Of a stretch of DNA of 64,000 bases, positions 48,372-56,781 are shown one piece after another. The notes beneath the pieces are model-generated. The model did not search any database, was not told the DNA's origin, and saw only the letters and a list, made by a program, of their open reading frames with translations. Position numbers and translations under genes: made by a program. The first letter of the stretch is position 1. Each line of letters starts with the position of its first letter. The DNA comes from a virus. The stretch lies in the IMG/VR virus record IMGVR_UViG_3300025237_000002, positions 46,536-110,535 of that record, one strand, 5' to 3'.

Positions 48372-48594
48372 ATATTGGTAGCCTTGTTTATCCCTTCTAT
48401 CCACAGTCTACTATTCTAACTATCGAGGTCTTTCACTCTGTCAAACAGGTTAGTGTATAACTGCTCAGTGGTTCTGGAATTGCTTAGTCCGTCTTCTCAG
48501 ATTTTACAACGGATACTACAGCGTAAAGATACTACATTATATCCAGATAAACAAGTTTGAATGGATTTACTTTTGCCATCTTGTTTTGTTTAAA

Positions 48595-49176
48595 TTAAGT
48601 TATCTCCGTACACTTTTGTGTTAGGGCTTGGTCGATAACGCTTTTAGCTTCAGCTATCATATCTTCTTGCCCATCGTCCCCATAATATCCCCAGCAACTA
48701 TCAATATCTTCACCGTCTTTGGTTATGTTATATCCATACACCTCACCACAAAGGTAAGAGTCATATAGTTTCACATTGCTAATCAAATCTTCTAGAATAG
48801 TCTTTCCAGCCGCTTTTTCATAACCCTTAACGGATTTATATCCCCATTCTTTAAGGCACGCTTTATTGACAAATACGAAGCCAATTTGCCCACTATCCCA
48901 ACGACAAGAATATCCAATAGTATTAATAGTAATACCACTATGGTCGTACATATAAACTGGTAAGACTGCAAGTGCTTTATACTTTTTAATAAGAGCTTCT
49001 TTGAATTCATCCCAACTGTTATAGTCATCGGCAGATAAGTCAGTATCGTTTTGCAAAGAGTATCTACTATGTGATAAAGCGTATAATGCGTTACCGTCAT
49101 ATTCTGCAATAGGGTTTTCAGGATTTAAGTCCTGTTCGATTTTAATCTCGTAACCTTTGTAATTGATTGTATCCAT
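48595..49176 (-). CDS. hypothetical phage/ICE-type protein
   Basis: YDHSGITI...WDSGQIG...SCWGYYG motifs. Confidence 0.75.
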   Translation of the reverse strand: MDTINYKGYEIKIEQDLNPENPIAEYDGNALYALSHSRYSLQNDTDLSADDYNSWDEFKEALIKKYKALAVLPVYMYDHSGITINTIGYSCRWDSGQIGFVFVNKACLKEWGYKSVKGYEKAAGKTILEDLISNVKLYDSYLCGEVYGYNITKDGEDIDSCWGYYGDDGQEDMIAEAKSVIDQALTQKCTEIT

Positions 49177-49228
49177 GATTTGATTTGTTTGTTTGACAAA
49201 GATAGTGTTAATAATTCAAACTACCAAA

Positions 49229-49630
49229 TTAATTGCTATAAATTGCAAATATCATTGGTTGTATCTTCTTACCATAATCGGTATACATTATACCATAATG
49301 ATACAAAAATCCGTCAATTTCAAAACTATCTACCTCATTATCTCCTAAATGACCGTCAAAAAGCCATTTTAAAGCCGTTTTCTCGTCATTTGCACCATAA
49401 CCGATAGTATCTTGTACCAATTCCTTAAAAGCTACCTCAGATTTAAGTGCATGAAGCTCTTCTCTCTTCATATTCTCCATGCTAATAGCGTGAACATCGT
49501 CAATTTCAGCATTAATATCTGCAATGCTCATAGCATCATAGTTATAAACCGTTCTAGGTCTATGTCCATATGCGTCCTTGTAAATGTCACTTAACATTGA
49601 TATTGCCTCGCTTTTTTCAGTAGTTATCAT
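49229..49630 (-). CDS. hypothetical protein
   Basis: SDIYKDAYGHRPR motif; start corrected. Confidence 0.7.
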   Translation of the reverse strand: MITTEKSEAISMLSDIYKDAYGHRPRTVYNYDAMSIADINAEIDDVHAISMENMKREELHALKSEVAFKELVQDTIGYGANDEKTALKWLFDGHLGDNEVDSFEIDGFLYHYGIMYTDYGKKIQPMIFAIYSN

Positions 49631-49727
49631 AATGTGATTGTTTTGTTCAATACAAAGATACAACTTATATTCCACACTGCCAAACTTATTTTAGATAAAT
49701 TAAAAGTATTTGAAATTTAAGTTTGTT

Positions 49728-49774
49728 GTAGGTTGGAGTCTACTCTTCCACCTAAGTGCGCCCGTCTTCCACTA
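49728..49774 (-). ncRNA. putative small RNA, GAAGAGURGACUCC family, copy B
   Basis: own promoter 49775-49808, no ORF. Confidence 0.5.
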
Positions 49775-49831
49775 CAAAGATAAGGAAAATAAATAACCCC
49801 ACCTAATTAAAGTGAGGTTATTTTAGATAAA

Positions 49832-50089
49832 TTAAGATTTAAAGAATACAACCCACTCTTCACGAATTAGATTAGCATCTAATTCACCTTCCATGTAAAC
49901 AGCTTTGGTTCTCCAAGGCTTTTTGTTTTGGGTTACTGTTATGTGTGCGTGTTCTTCAGGGTTTTGGTAATCGAAGCTCATCTCGAACTCTTCAGTTCTT
50001 AGACAAGTTGAGGTTTCTTTACCGTCCTTCTGGATTAACATTCCTAGCTCTCTTGCCACCTCTTGTACTTTTGCATCGTTTGGTCTCAT
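49832..50089 (-). CDS. hypothetical protein
   Basis: start corrected. Confidence 0.7.
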   Translation of the reverse strand: MRPNDAKVQEVARELGMLIQKDGKETSTCLRTEEFEMSFDYQNPEEHAHITVTQNKKPWRTKAVYMEGELDANLIREEWVVFFKS

Positions 50090-50179
50090 GTGATTGTTTG
50101 TTTTGTTCCCTACAAAGATAATACTTTTAATTGTAACTACCAAACTTATTCTAGATAAATTAAGATTTAAATATTAAGC

Positions 50180-50215
50180 AAAAAAAAAGCTCCTATTTTC
50201 TAGGAGCTTTTTTTT
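50180..50215. terminator. bidirectional intrinsic terminator
   Basis: A tract-GCTCCTA-loop-TAGGAGC-T tract. Confidence 0.85.
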
Positions 50216-50231
50216 ATATATGATATAGTGT

Positions 50232-51209
50232 TTAAGCTATTCTCTTTAGTAAAGCAAATACCATTGAACTACCATCGTTGTAAGAAACGTACTCAACAAG
50301 TTTGTACGAATTACCTAACATTGAAAGTAATTTGATTTTAGTACCACCTAATACACTAGGTACGGTATCACAATTCATTTCTTCAATTACACTCTTATGA
50401 AAGTCGATTGTAGTTTGATTTTTTGTGTTCGCTTCACGACAACAAAACGTTAAACCGATTAAACCATTAACTTTTACGCTATTATTAACTAATAGGTTTC
50501 TCACTTCATTTTCATACGTTGGAAACGTTCCACAATAGTCTAAAAATGCGTGACTGAATGTATTAGGTTTACATACATTTAAAATGTCACTAGACTCACC
50601 TAAATTAGCCGACATAACTAAATTGTTTTTAGCTATTGTTTGTGCCAATTTTAAGAATACATCTTTGTTATGTTCACAAGCTACATAATGGAAGTTATTA
50701 TCAACTTGAAGGTTAGTTTGAATCTCGAATGCACAAGAATCACTAGGTAATACAAAGAATTTACCACTTTTAACAGTAGACTTACTTACTTTGTTTACAA
50801 ACAAGTCTCTTACTTGCTCTTTGTTTGCACCATCAAAAGTTACCTCTTTAGGTGTAATAGCATCGATTTTAGCTTGTTTCTTAGCTTGTAGCACCTCTGC
50901 ATACATTGTTGAGTAGTTTCTGATTAAATACTCGTTAATAAGGTGTGCAACATCGAATTTTACCGTTTTACTATTAACATACTTGTTAAGATTATAAACC
51001 GATACTCCAATTTCTTTTGCAATTTCTTTTGGATTGACTCCTTTAAGTTTCAAATAAAACCCTACATACTTTCGTCTAGTGTTTATCTGAATTTTAAAAG
51101 CACCATACGTTTGTGGATTTTTGAAAGTCGTACCATTTACACAATCAATTGCTAAGGTTGGGTTGTGGATTAGTTGTCTCTCAACTTCTACTTTTACTTC
51201 GTTATTCAT
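50232..51209 (-). CDS. HTH plus class I SAM-dependent methyltransferase-like protein
   Basis: KEIAKEIGVS HTH; YVACE and FLDYCG Rossmann-like motifs. Confidence 0.5.
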   Translation of the reverse strand: MNNEVKVEVERQLIHNPTLAIDCVNGTTFKNPQTYGAFKIQINTRRKYVGFYLKLKGVNPKEIAKEIGVSVYNLNKYVNSKTVKFDVAHLINEYLIRNYSTMYAEVLQAKKQAKIDAITPKEVTFDGANKEQVRDLFVNKVSKSTVKSGKFFVLPSDSCAFEIQTNLQVDNNFHYVACEHNKDVFLKLAQTIAKNNLVMSANLGESSDILNVCKPNTFSHAFLDYCGTFPTYENEVRNLLVNNSVKVNGLIGLTFCCREANTKNQTTIDFHKSVIEEMNCDTVPSVLGGTKIKLLSMLGNSYKLVEYVSYNDGSSMVFALLKRIA

Positions 51210-51266
51210 TTTGTTTGTTATTTAATTTGTGTAAATATAAGAAAACTTTTGACTTGACCTAATTTA

Positions 51267-52007
51267 TTAGGTTATTTTTAAACTATTCTTTAAACATGTG
51301 TCTAATTCAATAGCTAATTGTTTTTCATCTTCACTAAATTTCATCTTCTTTTCTTGACGTACAATGAAAGGTCGTACTAAATCATGATTGTATTTGTCGT
51401 TTCTCATGAATTTAATGATAGCACGTCTACAAAATGCTTTTGTTGGTAAGTAGTCTTTTAAATCTACGATTTGATTAATGATGGTATCTGACTTGGCTTC
51501 ATCAATAAATTTAAGTTTACCTTTTCGAAAATCTACCATTTTACCTTGACCTGTATAACACATAACCAAAGGTGAAATTTGTATTCCTGTTTCCTCTTGG
51601 ATAGCTTTTAATCTAACATATTCTCTAATTTTTAAAGTTGACCATATGTGAATGAATTGGTTTGTTCCCCAACCTTTAGCACTATTATTCACATCTGCAA
51701 TAAATTCAGCTAATTCTATTTCAGAATCAACTTCAACAACTCTAAATTCAATTGCAAGTCCTAATTGTACTGCGGCCGTAAAACGGTGTTGACCATCTAA
51801 AAGATAGTAATGTTTTTGACCATCATCATCGAAGATGTCAGTCAATATAACAATTAACGTTGAAATAAATCCACGCTCCTTCATTGACTCTTTTAACGTG
51901 TTAACGTGAGTTTGTTTGATATCTCGATTAAAATCAAATGTTTTAAAAAGTTTGTAGTCAGTACTTGAGAAAATGTTTGTTACTAATTTAAAAACTGGCT
52001 TATTCAT
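51267..52007 (-). CDS. ParB/Sulfiredoxin-like (DGQHR) domain protein
   Basis: NRDIKQTHV..LKESM, LLDGQHR; start corrected. Confidence 0.75.
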   Translation of the reverse strand: MNKPVFKLVTNIFSSTDYKLFKTFDFNRDIKQTHVNTLKESMKERGFISTLIVILTDIFDDDGQKHYYLLDGQHRFTAAVQLGLAIEFRVVEVDSEIELAEFIADVNNSAKGWGTNQFIHIWSTLKIREYVRLKAIQEETGIQISPLVMCYTGQGKMVDFRKGKLKFIDEAKSDTIINQIVDLKDYLPTKAFCRRAIIKFMRNDKYNHDLVRPFIVRQEKKMKFSEDEKQLAIELDTCLKNSLKIT

Positions 52008-52089
52008 AATATGATTATTTGTTTTGTTTGTTGGTACAAAGATAAGGTAAAAAAATGAACCCACCTAATAAAAGGTGGGTTATTTTAAT

Positions 52090-52479
52090 TTATCCGTAAA
52101 TTACTTCCCCGAATATAACCGATTGAATAATAGCGTCAGCGGTTTCAGCGTCATCTTGCTCGTTTTTCATATCCATTAAAGAATCCATTGGGACTTTATC
52201 CATATTAGATAAAACAAGTTCCAATGTAATTACGTGGTTTTCTTCACTCTCACTATCTTGAATTGTAAATGAGTCACCTTCATTAAGGATTTGAATTAGC
52301 ACGTCTTCATAACATGGCTTCGATGAAAACTTTGGTGTTTGCACGTTAACTCTAGCTTTAGCGTAAATAGCTTCGTCTACGTCAATAGTAAGACCATAGT
52401 GTTGAATGTATCCAAGTCCATTGCATAATGCGTTGTGAAAAAATTCGATTTTCTCTTCGTTTGAAAGTTGTAATGTCAT
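52090..52479 (-). CDS. hypothetical protein
   Basis: DAETADAIIQ..IFGEVIYG motif; start corrected. Confidence 0.75.
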   Translation of the reverse strand: MTLQLSNEEKIEFFHNALCNGLGYIQHYGLTIDVDEAIYAKARVNVQTPKFSSKPCYEDVLIQILNEGDSFTIQDSESEENHVITLELVLSNMDKVPMDSLMDMKNEQDDAETADAIIQSVIFGEVIYG

Positions 52480-52565
52480 AATGTGATTGTTTATTTTGTT
52501 CCTTACAAAGATACAACTTATATTCCATACCACCAAACTTATTTTAGATAATTTAAATTAATTTC

Positions 52566-52630
52566 AGTATAGGGTTCGGTGGAGTCCACTCTTCCGCTAT
52601 CTTGTAAGATACTCAGCCCGTCAACCACTA
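52566..52630 (-). ncRNA. putative small RNA, GAAGAGURGACUCC family, copy A
   Basis: own promoter 52631-52664, no ORF. Confidence 0.5.
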
Positions 52631-52642
52631 CAAAGATACAAC

Positions 52643-52678
52643 AAAAAAAGAACCCCACCTAATATTAGGTGGGGTTTT
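52643..52678 (-). terminator. terminator overlapping the next promoter
   Basis: AACCCCACCT-loop-AGGTGGGGTT-CTTTTTTT; same design at 49794, 52058, 56071. Confidence 0.75.
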
Positions 52679-52799
52679 ATTTAAGATAATTTAAAACCAT
52701 TTACATTAAAGTTTATAGTGGGCTATCTCTGTCGATTGTGTTATTCAATTTACTTGAGTGGCTCCACCTTACTTGGCGAGGCATTAATATTATCTTGTT

Positions 52800-53048
52800 T
52801 TATAAGATGTTAACTTCAACCCATCCCTTTTCGGAATGTTCTAACTCTGCTTTGAAACCATCATCTATTAATTCTTTCTCTAATTGAAGACCCGCTTCCC
52901 ATAAACTCTCTTCGGGAATCTCATCGTGTTCGTCATCCCAACACATATCCCCTCGACAAGAATACCATTCATTAGTCTCATCATACTCGAAGGTATGTCC
53001 ATTGATTCGTCTACTACTTGGTAAATCTTCTTTTTTAACTTTTGCCAT
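52800..53048 (-). CDS. small acidic protein
   Basis: cassette ORF. Confidence 0.7.
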   Translation of the reverse strand: MAKVKKEDLPSSRRINGHTFEYDETNEWYSCRGDMCWDDEHDEIPEESLWEAGLQLEKELIDDGFKAELEHSEKGWVEVNIL

Positions 53049-53103
53049 AATATGTGATTGTGTTTATGTTCCTTACAAAGATACAACTTTTATTTGGTTT
53101 TAC

Positions 53104-53343
53104 CTAATTTATTTTAGGATAATGGACTTTTGCTTTTACTTTTAACTTTGCAAGTGCAATTGAGGTTTCAACCACTAACTTTTCATACTCACTAAAGAAG
53201 TCTTGGGAATCTTTGAATGTTCCATGACCTTGACTATGACTTTCTTCTATTCGTGCCATAGAACCTAAGTTCTTAGCCTTAGCTAAGAAATCTCGTTCCA
53301 ATTCGTAAAGGTCTTCATTTATTTCACTGTTATACTCTGCCAT
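53104..53343 (-). CDS. hypothetical protein
   Basis: stop TAG inside repeat. Confidence 0.7.
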   Translation of the reverse strand: MAEYNSEINEDLYELERDFLAKAKNLGSMARIEESHSQGHGTFKDSQDFFSEYEKLVVETSIALAKLKVKAKVHYPKIN

Positions 53344-53369
53344 GATATGATTGTTTTATTTAATTTAAG

Positions 53370-53909
53370 TTATACGTGACAAGAAATTGTTTCATTCAAT
53401 TGTTCTAATGTGAATGCTTCATAACTAGCTTTGTTATACTCCATTAATGCATCCAATAACGATTGGTAATATACACTAATATTGTCGTCATTAATCTTAG
53501 CCATAACTTCATCATATTTGTAGAAAGGTATGTAACCACTCTTTGACGTTGTAGTATCTTCGACAATACCTTCTAATATACTTTGTAGGTCGGAATCATT
53601 AGCTACAAGTAAATCTAATTGAATTAAATCTTCTTTTGATATCTTAACTGAAATAGTGTCAGTTCCATAGTTGTAGAATTTTGGACTGTTTAGCTCAACA
53701 TACTCTAAGGTTAATTCAACTCCAAATTCATCTTCAATATATTCAGCAAATTTTAAAGTAATGTCCTTAGCTACTTCGTTATGTAGGTTTTTGAAGTCAA
53801 CTGCATCCGAATCGATTGTATTTTCTTCATCTTCATCATATACTACATCATCAATAGCAGCTGAGTAAAGGCTTTCGTAAAATCCACCAAAGTTAAAAAG
53901 AGTTTCCAT
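53370..53909 (-). CDS. acidic hypothetical phage protein
   Basis: FGGFYES, SPKFYNYGTD motifs. Confidence 0.75.
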   Translation of the reverse strand: METLFNFGGFYESLYSAAIDDVVYDEDEENTIDSDAVDFKNLHNEVAKDITLKFAEYIEDEFGVELTLEYVELNSPKFYNYGTDTISVKISKEDLIQLDLLVANDSDLQSILEGIVEDTTTSKSGYIPFYKYDEVMAKINDDNISVYYQSLLDALMEYNKASYEAFTLEQLNETISCHV

Positions 53910-53979
53910 AATTGTGATTGTTTGTTTTGTTCAATACAAAGATACAACTTTTATTTCGTTCTACCTAATTTAAAGACAT

Positions 53980-54060
53980 AAAAAAAGAGAGCCATTTAGC
54001 AGAATGACCCCCTTAAGAAAAAATAAACAAACAAATAATCAAATGTACTTTTATAATCTG
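53980..54060 (-). ncRNA. putative ~80 nt sRNA antisense to A-rich translation-initiation leaders
   Basis: promoter 54066-54099, U-rich core CAUUUGAUUAUUUGUUUGUUU, G-U-containing terminator 53980-54012. Confidence 0.6.
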
Positions 54061-54113
54061 AATACAAAGATATGTAATCTCCAAAACATATCCTAATATT
54101 TTAACACTTATTT

Positions 54114-54275
54114 TTAATTTTCACTACAACTTACTATTGTTGCACTATCCGAATACTCTGCACAGGCTTCTTTGCTTGTGTTAGCTTCCACATCTTCCCA
54201 TTGCTTATAATCGCTTGGGTCTTCTTTATGTGAGAAACAATTCGGGATAAATACTACTGTAAATGATTTTGACAT
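54114..54275 (-). CDS. small protein (VEANTSKEA motif)
   Basis: start corrected; flanked by 54 bp direct repeats. Confidence 0.65.
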   Translation of the reverse strand: MSKSFTVVFIPNCFSHKEDPSDYKQWEDVEANTSKEACAEYSDSATIVSCSEN

Positions 54276-54347
54276 AATATAGTTTTTGTTTGGTACAAAG
54301 ATATGAAATCTCCAAGGCATATCCTAATATTTTAACACTTATTTTTA

Positions 54348-54506
54348 TTAACAACTTTGGTCACAAGGTCGCCAATCACAAGTCTTACATTCTAATGGTG
54401 AATAGCTACAACTGTTATAAGCGTCTCCATCAACTGTTGGCTCTCCACAATCTGTGCATTCACCATCAATTTCACTTTCTTTATAATCTGTTGCATCACA
54501 ACACAT
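54348..54506 (-). CDS. Cys-rich miniprotein (52 aa, 9 Cys)
   Basis: manual translation MCCDATDY...RPCDQSC; A-rich leader. Confidence 0.6.
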   Translation of the reverse strand: MCCDATDYKESEIDGECTDCGEPTVDGDAYNSCSYSPLECKTCDWRPCDQSC

Positions 54507-54739
54507 AATCTTGTTTTATTTTAATAATCTTCTTTTTGTGCGAGAAGCCATTTCTTATTTTACAAAGATACAACTTTATTTCGACTCTACCAAATGAAAT
54601 TGGTCAATTTTTCTAGATACTGAATCAATCCAACTGGATATACAACTATCCTTAGCTTTTCTCATCTCTTTTCTTAACTTGTCCATGATTGTTTGTTTTG
54701 TTCAATACAAAGATACAACCTTTATTTCAATCTACCTAA

Positions 54740-54946
54740 TTAAAAGTGATTTATATTCATTAAATCATTTCGAGTATTACACCATCCTATACAATGCTCC
54801 ATTGAATTGAAAGTTAATACTTCCCCATTCATATCTTTAAATGGTCTATTTTTAACCTTGACACTTGGTCTTGGATATGGTCGCCACTCTTTACCATTCT
54901 CTAGAGCTACAAACGTATCTCCTTGTTGTGTTGCTGTTAGGGTCAT
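54740..54946 (-). CDS. hypothetical protein
   Basis: stop abuts repeat. Confidence 0.65.
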   Translation of the reverse strand: MTLTATQQGDTFVALENGKEWRPYPRPSVKVKNRPFKDMNGEVLTFNSMEHCIGWCNTRNDLMNINHF

Positions 54947-54948
54947 GA

Positions 54949-55173
54949 TTATAGGTTTGCAATATTTCTATCGTTTGACTCTAATTTTCTATTGAAATCT
55001 CTAGTACTTCTTTCATCCCAATACTCACAACATTCTACGAAACCATCTAAGGTATCTAAGTTATAATCTCCGATGTCAAGTATTTTAACTTGGTCTAATA
55101 ATCTATCGTACTTAGCTTTTGAATGCTTTTCAAATGTAATCTCCTTTGCGTATGCGTGTGTTGAATTTGCCAT
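54949..55173 (-). CDS. hypothetical protein
   Basis: cassette ORF. Confidence 0.7.
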   Translation of the reverse strand: MANSTHAYAKEITFEKHSKAKYDRLLDQVKILDIGDYNLDTLDGFVECCEYWDERSTRDFNRKLESNDRNIANL

Positions 55174-55228
55174 GATTGTGATTGTTTGTTTTGCTTAATA
55201 CAAAGATACAACTTTATTTTGGTTCTAC

Positions 55229-55531
55229 CTAATTTAATTCTTCTAAACTATCCCAATACCCTCTTGCACTATCATTGATGAACTCAATATCATCTAATAC
55301 ACAAAATACAAATCTCTCTATAACTGAATCATTCTCTTTATCAGTTAGTTTTCTACCTAATTCATTTTCTGCATTCTCAAGTTCAAGACTGTTATCATGA
55401 TTAACATTAAGTTGATATTTAATTTCATCCTGACTTAAAGCTATATACTTATCTTTAAACCAGCATTCTAAATGACCCTCTGAAAAATAACTTGTACTTT
55501 TTGCTAAATAATTTGTTAAATCTGTTTTCAT
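55229..55531 (-). CDS. hypothetical protein
   Basis: single-gene cassette; TAG in repeat. Confidence 0.7.
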   Translation of the reverse strand: MKTDLTNYLAKSTSYFSEGHLECWFKDKYIALSQDEIKYQLNVNHDNSLELENAENELGRKLTDKENDSVIERFVFCVLDDIEFINDSARGYWDSLEELN

Positions 55532-55593
55532 ACTGTGATTATTTATGTTTGATGCAAATATACAACTTTTATTTGGTTCTACCTAATTTAAGT

Positions 55594-56034
55594 TTATTCG
55601 TTGTAATCGTTTTTACACGTTTCAAGTTCTACATCACCATTTACATACATCGAGTTAATAGCAATTGGTGATTGTTTACCACAATGATTACATTGCAACA
55701 TTGTGTAACTACCACGCTTTTCAACTAGTACATTAACAGATTCATGTTTAACATCTGGAAATCCACCACCTATAAAATGATAGGCTGTTATGGTTTTACC
55801 TCTATAGTCAGATACTAACATCTTCGTATCGCTTGGCGTAAATGATTTAACAATTTCATAAGGGTAACTTTGACTCCAAGTCCATTCTTGACCACCTTGT
55901 TCAATATAAGTTAAACTAATTAAATTATGATTGGAATCCTTTTTCTCATCTACAACTTCAATTAGCATTGGCGTGTATAAAAAGAATTTATCTTTTCCAT
56001 ATAAATAACGTACTTTCTTATAACGTGTTTCCAT
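55594..56034 (-). CDS. hypothetical protein
   Basis: single-gene cassette. Confidence 0.7.
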   Translation of the reverse strand: METRYKKVRYLYGKDKFFLYTPMLIEVVDEKKDSNHNLISLTYIEQGGQEWTWSQSYPYEIVKSFTPSDTKMLVSDYRGKTITAYHFIGGGFPDVKHESVNVLVEKRGSYTMLQCNHCGKQSPIAINSMYVNGDVELETCKNDYNE

Positions 56035-56202
56035 GATTATTTTGTTTACTCAAAGATACAATAAAAAAAGAACCCCACCTAATAAAAGGTGAGGTTTTTT
56101 AGCGGATTAGGTCAGCAATCACTCCGACCAGTTCCTAAACAAAACATAATCACGCCCCTCTGTAGTTGCACGGATGTGCTTGGCGAGGGGTGAGTCTTAA
56201 TA

Positions 56203-56562
56203 CTATTCTTTGAATCTTACCTCCCATTCTTCACGGGCTTGATTCAATATAGGGTGCATATTTTCTATTTCTGAGATGTCACTTTCCCCAGTGGTTGTAT
56301 AATATCTATTACCATCTTGGAATATCTCAGTATTATTATTCTTTAGCTGTGTTATCAATTCTTTTGAAGTCTCAGCTCCAACATCTCCTATCCTTTGAAG
56401 ATTTAACCCGCCTCTCCATATTTTACATTTCCCAGTCGCTGTGAACCAATGGTCATAAGCTGTATTTATTCCACGCTTACGCTGAAATGTAAAGTTAATT
56501 GAGAATTCTTCTTTTACTAACTTCAGGTCAATTGCTCTTTTTCTAACTGCTATTACTTTCAT
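56203..56562 (-). CDS. hypothetical protein
   Basis: ORF. Confidence 0.7.
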   Translation of the reverse strand: MKVIAVRKRAIDLKLVKEEFSINFTFQRKRGINTAYDHWFTATGKCKIWRGGLNLQRIGDVGAETSKELITQLKNNNTEIFQDGNRYYTTTGESDISEIENMHPILNQAREEWEVRFKE

Positions 56563-56732
56563 TAGTATCTTTCTTTATGTTTGTTCTTACGGCTGTAACT
56601 CTTAACTGATTTGTGAACCTTTTCATTTGCTGTCCAACCATCATTAGCTTCAAAGTTCGCATCGTGATTACCCTTTCTCATCGCTTTGTATTGCTGTTCT
56701 TTGGTAATTGTACCTATACTATTCTTACTCAT
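56562..56732 (-). CDS. small basic protein (56 aa)
   Basis: follows promoter 56754; TAATG coupling; ends VHKSVKSYSRKNKHKERY. Confidence 0.6.
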   Translation of the reverse strand: MSKNSIGTITKEQQYKAMRKGNHDANFEANDGWTANEKVHKSVKSYSRKNKHKERY

Positions 56733-56781
56733 GATTATGTTTTTTGTCTCCTACAAAGATACAACTTTTATTTGTACCTAC

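Larger units (their letters stand above)
48234..48518 (-). ncRNA. putative longer ncRNA, divergent copy D of hairpin family
   Basis: promoter ~48525, GAAGACGGAC and GAAUAGUAGACUG motifs, terminator, no long ORF. Confidence 0.4.
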
